Shown here in pieces: positions 54,454-62,950 of a stretch of 64,000 nucleotides of DNA. Position numbers and translations under genes: made by a program. The notes beneath the pieces are model-generated. The model was not told the origin of the DNA and ran no database searches. It was given only the letters and a program-made list of their open reading frames with translations. Location of the stretch: the NCBI GenBank assembly GCA_000002435.2, contig CM018793.1, one strand, 5' to 3'. The first letter of the stretch is position 1. Each line of letters starts with the position of its first letter. This DNA comes from Giardia intestinalis (lineage: Eukaryota).

Positions 54454-57237
54454 CTATAATTTATTACGATTGAGGGTGGCCTGGACGGCTTCTCGCTGTG
54501 CATCAGTAGCGGTGGGTGATATGAGCATTATGTAGTCACGTGCGGTGCGGTTTTCTTTATCTATTAGCTTATATTCCATGGGATAAAGGATCTCTATAGC
54601 TGGTATGTTCATGAATTTCACAGCGAGCATCAAGGCTGTGGTGCCATTCTCGTCTTGAAGTGATGCCTGCATCGAGGCGAGGCACCACACTGAAATGATA
54701 TCGTTATCTATGACGGCCTGCATAAGCTCTGTGCGGCGGTTGCCAATTCTACTGCGATGGGGAACTTGAACGCCTTCGGAGTCCCGTAAGAGCTCTGCAA
54801 TCCTGTACCGTCCCATCATTATTGCGTGGTATAAAGCTGTGTGACCATTAACATCCTTCAGCCCTGCCTCAAAGGGTATCAAATCTTGCACAAATGTGTG
54901 TCTATTGTATTCAACAGCATACATGAGTGCAGTCTTCCCAGCGGATGTTCGTTGTTTTGCATATGATATCGACTCGTTAAACTTGCTAAAATTACACTCC
55001 ACGACAGCTATCATGAGTGGTGTGAGCTCGTCAATGTTTGGTGGGATCACAGGAGCGTTTGCATATTGAAGTGAGCGGGGCGGCGAGGTAGGAAGTGTTC
55101 TGCGCTCCAGGTCCTGACTTAAAATAGCACCAGACCACTTATCTGTGCTCATGCGGGGAGTTGATACTGAAGTGCCGTTAGCGTTCCTGGTAGCTATCTG
55201 TGATATTGTTGCATTTCCTACTCTCTGGTCAGCAACCAACTGCTGCAGGGCATCAATAGAGCTAGTTGATCTAGTGGCTACCGGCTGCAGTATATGAACA
55301 GATCTCCTGCTATCATATGGCGTAATGGATCTACTAGTACGAGAAGACATATCCCGAACTGGAGTATTGTTCTTACTGAGGGAGCCCAATCCAGTAATGC
55401 TGGTTCGCAGATGGTCAATCCCAGACGACTGTCCCGCCAGGCTTTTAATGGACGCCCCTGCTATGGCCTGTATCGATTGCGTGTTGGGGAGATTGTATAA
55501 AGTCTGCGATAAGCGTGCAGTGCTCCTGCCTCCAGTTTCAATCATAGAGCCAGTCAGAATGGTGCTATTAGCCATACCAGATAGTCGCGATTCTAGGACA
55601 GGATCGTCCATGGAGTTGTCCAATGGATGCATGCCGGAATACGCTAGCGTGGGCGAAAGACACCGCGGGACCTGTGGAGATGTAATGCTACGGTCCGTCA
55701 GCCGAATACTATCCTGGTTGAAACCGTCTTCCTCTGCTTTATAACTTAAATTGCTAAGATCAATACTCTGACGATTGCTCACAGTAGTGATGTGCAAGAT
55801 GGTGTCCTTTAACTGAGTGATCTTACGTTGCAGAGCCTCGTTTTCGGTCTTTAAAACCCTGGCCGCATTCTGTCTGGCGGCACTAAGTTTATAGAGCGAG
55901 TCATAATTTGCTCGATAGCGCTTAATGGCCTCTTCAGCCGTGTTTAGCCGCGCCTTTAGTGCAGAAATTTCTAGCTCATAGTTCTGCACCCACTGAACAT
56001 CCACCTGGACCGATCTGGAGACGGTAGGGACATTTGTTGCCATACCAGTCACGACCGCAGGTTGAGAGGGTATGGATTCGCGCAGCTGCTGCTTGGTAGC
56101 GCTGCCAGACCCAACAGAGCTACGGTGAACATCCAGTGAACAAATGTCTGCAGTGGGTGTATGCCTTCCAGAACCCTGGAGCAATGCATACTCTGGAGAC
56201 ACGTGACCGCTCTGTGTTGCTGCTGCAGCTTCCTGTATCCTCGACGATCGAAAATCTTTGCTGTTAATGTCGAGCTTCTTCTTTAGCTCGTCGTTTTGGG
56301 TGTGCAGCGCACAGCATTCTCGTTTATATCTCTCTACTTCTTCACTAAAGTAGGAGTCCATGAGCTGGTGGGACGTCACCTCCTCTAGCTTTCGCTTGAG
56401 ACGATCTATCTCTGCATTTTTCTCCATGATAACTTCATCGAATTTCTGAGTTACACTAGGACGATAATACAAAGACTTCAAGATCTTTATTTCTGCGTCC
56501 TTTTTAGCTACTATCTCAGAAAGTTTAAAAGGTTCCACTGAGTTAGTAGAAGGATCGTAACCATTACTATTAGTAGACGTCGTTTGGGCCTGAACTCCTT
56601 GATCTGTAACAGTCATTTTACATGCAAACAAGTTAAGATACTGCTCACATCGCTTGCAGGGGAAGTCCTTGGTAGCGGGAATCTTGCTCTTGAGCACATT
56701 CTCAAGAGTCGTAAGCCCGCGTCTGTTGGCCAAGAGGATTGCATGGCTAATATCGCTCTGCCGGATAATCTGCGAAGATAGTATGAGGTTCACAGCAGCG
56801 CTGCTTTTAGAAATTACCGCATAGTCTAGCGCATTCATGTTATATATGTCTGTTCGCAAAACGAAGTGCTGCCTAAGAGCGTTGAGAGCATCCACGCTTC
56901 CATGCTGTGCAGCAATCATATATGCGTCCTGGCCTCTGTAATTTGAGATGGATTTTTCTGCGGAGACAAGTATCTTGCAAAATATGGGGCGATTATTCGC
57001 TGCGGCAACCATAAGAGCAGTTTCATCCTGTGCATTCTTCAAGCCTGATTCCGTTCGCTCTAGCTCTCGAACTTGGGCCTCATCGTTATTACGAACCGCA
57101 TTGATCAGAGCACTATCCTTCAATAAACTCGGGCTCATTCGACTACTTAAAATGCTGCTCCCTGCCACCAGGGGAGATTTCGGTGTTTGGCTGGCGGCTG
57201 CAGGGTCTTTTGGAGCCAAACTCTGGGCAGGTAGCAT
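54454..57237 (-). CDS. Ankyrin-repeat, coiled-coil, ankyrin-repeat protein of 927 aa from the first ATG.
   Basis: The track start at 57294 is TTG. An ATG at 57235-57237 is preceded by an AT-rich tract. The N-terminal ankyrin motifs are DETALMVAAANN and GQDAYMIAAQHGSVDAL. The C-terminal motifs are GKTALMYAVEYN, GHTALYHAIMMGRY and GTTALMLAVKF. Heptad-rich segments lie between them. Confidence 0.7.
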   Translation of the reverse strand: MLPAQSLAPKDPAAASQTPKSPLVAGSSILSSRMSPSLLKDSALINAVRNNDEAQVRELERTESGLKNAQDETALMVAAANNRPIFCKILVSAEKSISNYRGQDAYMIAAQHGSVDALNALRQHFVLRTDIYNMNALDYAVISKSSAAVNLILSSQIIRQSDISHAILLANRRGLTTLENVLKSKIPATKDFPCKRCEQYLNLFACKMTVTDQGVQAQTTSTNSNGYDPSTNSVEPFKLSEIVAKKDAEIKILKSLYYRPSVTQKFDEVIMEKNAEIDRLKRKLEEVTSHQLMDSYFSEEVERYKRECCALHTQNDELKKKLDINSKDFRSSRIQEAAAATQSGHVSPEYALLQGSGRHTPTADICSLDVHRSSVGSGSATKQQLRESIPSQPAVVTGMATNVPTVSRSVQVDVQWVQNYELEISALKARLNTAEEAIKRYRANYDSLYKLSAARQNAARVLKTENEALQRKITQLKDTILHITTVSNRQSIDLSNLSYKAEEDGFNQDSIRLTDRSITSPQVPRCLSPTLAYSGMHPLDNSMDDPVLESRLSGMANSTILTGSMIETGGRSTARLSQTLYNLPNTQSIQAIAGASIKSLAGQSSGIDHLRTSITGLGSLSKNNTPVRDMSSRTSRSITPYDSRRSVHILQPVATRSTSSIDALQQLVADQRVGNATISQIATRNANGTSVSTPRMSTDKWSGAILSQDLERRTLPTSPPRSLQYANAPVIPPNIDELTPLMIAVVECNFSKFNESISYAKQRTSAGKTALMYAVEYNRHTFVQDLIPFEAGLKDVNGHTALYHAIMMGRYRIAELLRDSEGVQVPHRSRIGNRRTELMQAVIDNDIISVWCLASMQASLQDENGTTALMLAVKFMNIPAIEILYPMEYKLIDKENRTARDYIMLISPTATDAQREAVQATLNRNKL

Positions 57238-57362
57238 TGACAGAACAAAATTTACCTGTTTTGCCTTTACCTTTTCTTTTATATTCAGTACCAATGGGTA
57301 AGAGCGTCAGCCACGTCAGCCATTGATAGCTAAAGTAAGAGAATTTATTACAACGTAAGCAC

Positions 57363-59822
57363 TTAGTCTGTGATGTCTGGCCCATGACTCCTGGCCAATG
57401 GTGTTGATGTGCTTCTAGATTTGCTTAGCACAGTTCCATAAAACTCATAGGGGTTCGATTTCTTCACCATATCTGCGTTGTACTTGTTCAAAGGCGAGGA
57501 GTTGCGTATCCAGCAGTTGGAAATATCTGCAACGATGCTCTTTAGTGGCGAGCGTCCATCGGCAATAACGGGGGGTTGGTAGGATGACTTTAGCAAATAG
57601 CTAGTACTCTTATTTAGCTCAGCATTCCGCTTCCCGAAGAATGCCCTTGAGTCTTCTGAAAGCGCTGTATTGGCGTACTTGGCCTTCGATTCTGTAGGCT
57701 GCGAGGGTGCCAGCTCTACGTGAGTTGAGCTGTGAACTGATAGTGGCAGTTGCTTGCCAGAAATCACCGGCCTTTCTGCGCTCAATTTGATCATTTGGCT
57801 GATGATCGCCTCTGTGTTGGATCGCCTACTCCCATAGGTTAGTACATGCCTGGTTCCCCCGGGAGCACTAGTGGTACTGTTGTCACTGCCGTGGCTGACA
57901 AAGCTGATAGAGCTCAACGTTGTGGATGAAACATCACTTGGTGCACGGTGTTCAGCATCATCAGGTCTCTGTGGCAACTCGGCCAGTTTGTCCGAGGTGA
58001 AGGATGATATGCTAGATGCCTCACGAATAGCATTCTTGATGAAACTAGCAGTGTACTTGCTAGGGGAGTCTACGCCGTCCAAGTCTTTAGCGGAAAGAGA
58101 TCTCCCGAGCGCTTCCGCGTCATCTAGCATGTCCATATCCTCGTCGCCAGCTTTAGAGACAAGGGCACATGGTTCTACATTTACGACTACTATAGGTTCC
58201 GCAGTGGAAGCCATTGTGGTACCCTGGCACTCTTTGGGAAGGCTAGGAAATGAAGCCGCGTCTGGATCGGGTCTATCAAAGCCTTTGCCTCCCTTAGACA
58301 GAATAGTCTTAGAGTCTAGGTGCGCGGTCAAGTGGAGCTCTTGTATGGCATTTTCCAAGTACACTTTCTCTAGAATTGCTGTCTTTGCTATATGCTTCTC
58401 TTTGAGCAGCTCAACGAGGAAAACAGTCAAGTTAGAGAATAAGGTTTCTGTGAGCGACTGCGCACAGTGTATATTCTCAATGGTTGAGACATTGCTAACC
58501 ATGCGAATGAGCTCATCCGCAGTTTTTAGTGTGCTTTCCTTAACCTTGGCAGCAATATCCAGGTTCTCACTACCTCCATTCTCCAAGGTTAGTACTGTAT
58601 TTCGTAACTCTGTAATTAAATTTTCTACATAATCACCAACCATAGCTTTCTCTGCTTCTGCTGTGCCAGCCTCCTTATCAAGCCTTGTCCGTGCGCTTTC
58701 AGCAACCATGTCATTAAACTTATCTAATGCTTCGTCCCTTTCTGCTGTAATCTTCTGCAATTTTGCTGCCTGTTCATCAATCTCAGCCGTTGTAAGACGT
58801 AGCTTTTCCTTTACGGTCTCTAGATCTTCAGCGCACCTATCCAGTGTTATTTTCTTCCGTAAACATTCTGCACATTGAAGGCTAGTGCGCTTGAGTCCTT
58901 CATCCGCTCTATTCACAGTCGGCTCTGCGGCTGCACTGTCAGTCTGAATAGAGGCCTCACACAAGTCTAGAGCAGCTAATACTGAAAGGTCTATTGCCTC
59001 TGCTTTGCTCCTCTCTCTTTCCTCTGCATCGTGAGTCAATCTCTGAATTTCGGTCATGAAGGCACTCAGCGTCGACACACCAGACTCGACATCCTCTGCC
59101 AGTCTTTTGTTTCTTTGCTTTTCACTGGAGAGTGACGTCTTCAGACCTTTAATACGCTTAGAATAGAATGAAGTGAGCGCCTTTCCAAGGGCTGGTGTTC
59201 CTGCTGCCTTCTCAAGTAGTTCGCATACTAGTTCATCTACATTAGTGCTATCATCTGACATAGCACCTTTGACTTGGGCTATAAGTGCTTTCATGGTTGA
59301 TGAACTGAATTTGGCAAGTGTTGTGTCCTCGCCGTGAGGTGAAGCAGATATGGAAGACAGTGACGAAGGGTCATAGGTTGCTAATAACTCTATGACTTCC
59401 TTTGAAGTGTATTCAGAGGCTAATATCCGCGCCGCCTCCAAGTCATCCTGCAATAGCATTCTGTGCTGTAAGAAGAACTTAAGTGGCTCAACATTTCCAT
59501 GTATTATCGCCGTCTCGATGGGAGACATGCCATCCTCGTCTCTCTTCAGCCACGTTCTAATGAGGAATAACTCCAAAAAGTTCGTATTCTTTGCTTCCAC
59601 TGCATAATGCAGGGCAGTCCTTCCTCTAGGGTCGCAGATATGCAGACTGTGTGGCAACAGAAGAGAAGCAAGCTTTGAGGAAGGCTGTTGAGCGACCAGC
59701 ATTAGGGCCGTCTGCCCTGTAGAGTTCTTCTCGTCAGCATGCTTGCCAACCAACTCCTCTATCTGTTTAGAGTCTTCTAGAGTGAGTGCCTGCGACCAAT
59801 CGCTCTGAAATCCAGAAAACAT
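57363..59822 (-). CDS. Ankyrin-repeat (N-terminal) plus coiled-coil protein, 819 aa.
   Basis: ATG at 59820-59822. The ankyrin motifs are GQTALMLVAQQ, GRTALHYAVEAKN and SPIETAIIHGNVEPL. Long coiled-coil segments follow, then a Ser-rich tail. Confidence 0.75.
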   Translation of the reverse strand: MFSGFQSDWSQALTLEDSKQIEELVGKHADEKNSTGQTALMLVAQQPSSKLASLLLPHSLHICDPRGRTALHYAVEAKNTNFLELFLIRTWLKRDEDGMSPIETAIIHGNVEPLKFFLQHRMLLQDDLEAARILASEYTSKEVIELLATYDPSSLSSISASPHGEDTTLAKFSSSTMKALIAQVKGAMSDDSTNVDELVCELLEKAAGTPALGKALTSFYSKRIKGLKTSLSSEKQRNKRLAEDVESGVSTLSAFMTEIQRLTHDAEERERSKAEAIDLSVLAALDLCEASIQTDSAAAEPTVNRADEGLKRTSLQCAECLRKKITLDRCAEDLETVKEKLRLTTAEIDEQAAKLQKITAERDEALDKFNDMVAESARTRLDKEAGTAEAEKAMVGDYVENLITELRNTVLTLENGGSENLDIAAKVKESTLKTADELIRMVSNVSTIENIHCAQSLTETLFSNLTVFLVELLKEKHIAKTAILEKVYLENAIQELHLTAHLDSKTILSKGGKGFDRPDPDAASFPSLPKECQGTTMASTAEPIVVVNVEPCALVSKAGDEDMDMLDDAEALGRSLSAKDLDGVDSPSKYTASFIKNAIREASSISSFTSDKLAELPQRPDDAEHRAPSDVSSTTLSSISFVSHGSDNSTTSAPGGTRHVLTYGSRRSNTEAIISQMIKLSAERPVISGKQLPLSVHSSTHVELAPSQPTESKAKYANTALSEDSRAFFGKRNAELNKSTSYLLKSSYQPPVIADGRSPLKSIVADISNCWIRNSSPLNKYNADMVKKSNPYEFYGTVLSKSRSTSTPLARSHGPDITD

Positions 59823-59902
59823 TCAATTTTTGCACAACCCAAGAGTTGCGCTGATGAAACGGTTTTACTAGAAGTCTCTAATTTGGAACCACACTAGGCA
59901 CG

Positions 59903-62206
59903 TCAGAAGATGGCCTGACAGGTCGCGCAAGCCGCAGAGTGGGCCTGTATCTCGTCGCAAAGCTTCTCGACAAGTGCTATCTGCTTATTGGACAATATAG
60001 ATACAATATCGGACATTGACCAGTAGAAGTTCTGTGTGCCATCGGATTGCACATGCTGCTTGTAGTAGTATGCTTGATCTTCAACTGCTGAGAATATGTG
60101 CGCTAGGCTCACACAGCTGTCTCTACTTCTGAAGCGTTGAGACAGCTTTGTGCGCTTCTGGAGACAGCTACTGAAAGCCGCGTCAAGATCCATTCGGATA
60201 GAAAGCAGATACGCCGTGTCCAAGTTGGGCTGCTTCCAATACTTTTCTAGTGTCTTGTATGAAGCTGCCCCTACTGTGTACTCTCCGGTATCTCTTTTAG
60301 AGCTCAATACTTTAGAGGGTATTATGTGCTTATTAATAATAAGAGAGCACTGCTTGCAATAAATCTTTCCTGTGTAATGACAAAAGAGGAGGCTGGCTTG
60401 TTCTTCTTGGGATGTAGTAGCCAGTGAGCAATCGCAGCCAGCGCACTTATCAGCTTGGAGGCCGCTAATTATCCTTGAGAGATTCGATGGTCTAGAATAG
60501 TCAGTAAGTAAGTATGTGTAGGTGTTGATGTTAATGTTGGGAGCGTTCTCGACACGCAGAAGTGGGGTCACGGAGCTGCTGGTTCCTGCTGCTATCTTAT
60601 CGAATGTGTAATGCTCAACGTTGAATGAGAATGTCTTGTTTGAAAACGCTGGCGCAGATGGAACGACCCCTAGATCTTTGTCCTGCCTCCCCTTATGCTT
60701 GCCTTTTTCCGCCTTTTTGAAGCCATCGCCTTCAGTGACTAAGGCAGCCAAGCGCACCCAGTAATTGACAACACCATCTGTGATAAGCGCCTTTCCGGTA
60801 AAGCTAACCATTTCGCAATCACCCTTTTCAGACAACACGGCCCTCTCTACAGGTACATCTGAGAGGACATCCATCACAAGGCCTTCGGCCTCAATTGTCT
60901 TTGTATCGATCACGGTTTCGATCACAGCGACCCTCTTTGCTATCTTCTTTATCTCGTCCTTTATCGTGGGGCACGTATCGCCGAGCAGACTCCTATTGGC
61001 ATCTGTCAACAGATTAGTCCTCGCAAAAATGGTCTTCACCTCTTCTGCTTCTGGTTTTCGATCATTGACAGAAACTGGTAGGCTTGAGGCTAAGGAGTTG
61101 TCCCCTATTGGGACGAAATCTGAAGCTGGGGATGTAGAGGACGGTTTGGACTCTATGGTTCGTGCCTCCGGCTGCATAGTCTGAGACACAGTTGGCACTG
61201 GTGCTGTTCTAAGAGATGGAGGCTGCGCTACTCTGGTGGCAGCGGCGTCCTTATTCTGCACAGAAGCGATGTTGACAGGGACCCCTGCAATTACCTGAAT
61301 AGAGGAAGATTTGGTCAAGGATTTCAGAAGAGCCGCATCATCAGCCATGGTATCCAATGAAAGAGCTTGTGCCGGTAGGTATCCTGAAGGCTTCGGCGCC
61401 GGGGCAGGAGCAGGAAGCAGCTCTGGCTTCACGGAGTCTGCTGCTGGTTGTGGCTCAGATTTCTGATCCTTCGGATTCTCATCTGGTTGTGATCTCAAAA
61501 CAGAAGGGTCTACTGAGACAGCAAGTGCTGAAGATTGTGCAATGCTTGGGGTGGGCGGAGCCTGCTGAGAAGGTTCTGCGGTGTGGATTGTAGAAGAAGA
61601 CATACTAGAGGGTGCAGTACTCTGCCGAGATGAATCAAGACCGATTTGCTCCTTGTACAATCGCTTGCCATTTATAGCAGCCAGCTGATACTCTGCTAGT
61701 GTCCCGGGGACAACATCTGCAGGGGGGAACATAGCAAGTTGAAACCTCACTCCGGAATCGTGCATACGCATTAAATATTTAATCACCTTGCCTCTCCGCT
61801 TCGCATGGCCCACGACACTCGATTCTGAATACATCTCTGGCATTGTACTTTCACAGAATCCAGTAAATAGACCTATGAATTGATCCTCTGTCAATAGTAG
61901 TCGAGTCAGTGCAAGAATCTTGGCCTGTTCGTTGGCCTGCTGCAGCTCGGGACTGGAAGTAAGTATCGGGAGGATTCTGAATGGATCCTGGAATTTTTGC
62001 TCAATGTACTCACGTATTGATGCCCAAACATACTCTTCCTTGGAGCCCTTGATGAGTATGCACGCAAGCACCTCTGCTAGCCTCTGAGTAACAGGGTCTT
62101 TATCGGTCCAGGTGCTGGCATGCCCTTCTTCACCATAGCGGACATATTCGATGAGAAAATCTAGGGCATCAACGAGGTCTGCCTCCGAGAGATCATGTAC
62201 GGACAT
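59903..62206 (-). CDS. A 767-aa protein with a Cys-rich C-terminal domain resembling the Rubicon-homology (RH) domain of Rubicon, PLEKHM1 and DEF8. The N-terminus may be RUN-like.
   Basis: ATG at 62204-62206. The C-terminus has KCAGCDC, then LLFCHYTGKIYCKQC, then IPSKVL, then YWKQPNL, then HSAACATCQ. This is the same motif order as the RH domain: CAGC, FCxYxGKxxCxxC, IPxxxL, W.QP and HxxxCxxCQ. The middle region is Pro/Ser/Ala-rich and low in complexity. Confidence 0.65.
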   Translation of the reverse strand: MSVHDLSEADLVDALDFLIEYVRYGEEGHASTWTDKDPVTQRLAEVLACILIKGSKEEYVWASIREYIEQKFQDPFRILPILTSSPELQQANEQAKILALTRLLLTEDQFIGLFTGFCESTMPEMYSESSVVGHAKRRGKVIKYLMRMHDSGVRFQLAMFPPADVVPGTLAEYQLAAINGKRLYKEQIGLDSSRQSTAPSSMSSSTIHTAEPSQQAPPTPSIAQSSALAVSVDPSVLRSQPDENPKDQKSEPQPAADSVKPELLPAPAPAPKPSGYLPAQALSLDTMADDAALLKSLTKSSSIQVIAGVPVNIASVQNKDAAATRVAQPPSLRTAPVPTVSQTMQPEARTIESKPSSTSPASDFVPIGDNSLASSLPVSVNDRKPEAEEVKTIFARTNLLTDANRSLLGDTCPTIKDEIKKIAKRVAVIETVIDTKTIEAEGLVMDVLSDVPVERAVLSEKGDCEMVSFTGKALITDGVVNYWVRLAALVTEGDGFKKAEKGKHKGRQDKDLGVVPSAPAFSNKTFSFNVEHYTFDKIAAGTSSSVTPLLRVENAPNININTYTYLLTDYSRPSNLSRIISGLQADKCAGCDCSLATTSQEEQASLLFCHYTGKIYCKQCSLIINKHIIPSKVLSSKRDTGEYTVGAASYKTLEKYWKQPNLDTAYLLSIRMDLDAAFSSCLQKRTKLSQRFRSRDSCVSLAHIFSAVEDQAYYYKQHVQSDGTQNFYWSMSDIVSILSNKQIALVEKLCDEIQAHSAACATCQAIF

Positions 62207-62223
62207 GTCAATTTTTTTTGCAA

Positions 62224-62265
62224 CAGTGTAATGAACTCAGTGTAATGGACTCAGTGTAATGGACC
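62224..62265. repeat. Three tandem copies of a 14-bp motif, cagtgtaatg(a/g)ac(t/c).
   Basis: Read directly from the sequence: cagtgtaatgaact, cagtgtaatggact, cagtgtaatggacc. It lies 18-59 bp upstream of the ATG of 59903..62206, on the minus strand. It also lies immediately 3' of the stop of the gene 62273..62731. Confidence 0.6.
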
Positions 62266-62272
62266 TGTCCGG

Positions 62273-62731
62273 CTACTCATCGGGCGGGTCGACCAGGTTG
62301 ATCTCCCCGTTCAGGAATATCACAAAGATCATGATGCAACACAACATAAGAGTAACCGACATGACTAAGTGCGACACTGTGTTTATAAGCGACCAAGTGA
62401 ATGTTTCAAACTTCTCCTCCAGTGGACATCGTAACCGTCGATACACACGCTGAAACCGGCGGTTGAGGATTACATATACGGTGCCACTGACGACGATGGC
62501 GACTATTGCTAGGATTGAAAGAGCAAAGCTTAGGTATGCAAAGCCCCCCAGACTAGGGGTATAAGGGCTTCGAAACAGGACTAGGAAGAATACAGAGACA
62601 ATGCGCAAAATATTGTAATAGGTACTAAAAGACTTTTGGTTTAGATGGCTGGATAGAGCAATTTTCTCCTCGCAATCTTCTAACACCAATTTGTCAAGCT
62701 CTTCGTGCGAAAGTTCGAGTGGAAAGTACAT
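62273..62731 (-). CDS. Small (152 aa) membrane protein with 2-3 predicted TM helices.
   Basis: ATG at 62729-62731. The N-terminus, EELDKLVLEDCEE, is acidic. The hydrophobic segments are IVSVFFLVLF, AYLSFALSILAIVAIVVSGTVYVIL and VMSVTLMLCCIMIFVIFL. Confidence 0.5.
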   Translation of the reverse strand: MYFPLELSHEELDKLVLEDCEEKIALSSHLNQKSFSTYYNILRIVSVFFLVLFRSPYTPSLGGFAYLSFALSILAIVAIVVSGTVYVILNRRFQRVYRRLRCPLEEKFETFTWSLINTVSHLVMSVTLMLCCIMIFVIFLNGEINLVDPPDE

Positions 62732-62950
62732 TGATATTTTTCATCGGGAACCCAAGGAACCTAGGATTGAGTTAGAATTATTTACATTTGCAGTTAGTTA
62801 GTATAGTTAATACTAAGGGTTGGTAGTTAGTAGACATGAAAAGAAAAAAGACCTAAGACATCTGGATGAGAGGCACTGCTTGAAGAGTTAGCCCTTAAAA
62901 CTTTGCTTTGACGATATCGGGGTTTGCTGTCCACAGCTGGACTGATGTCT

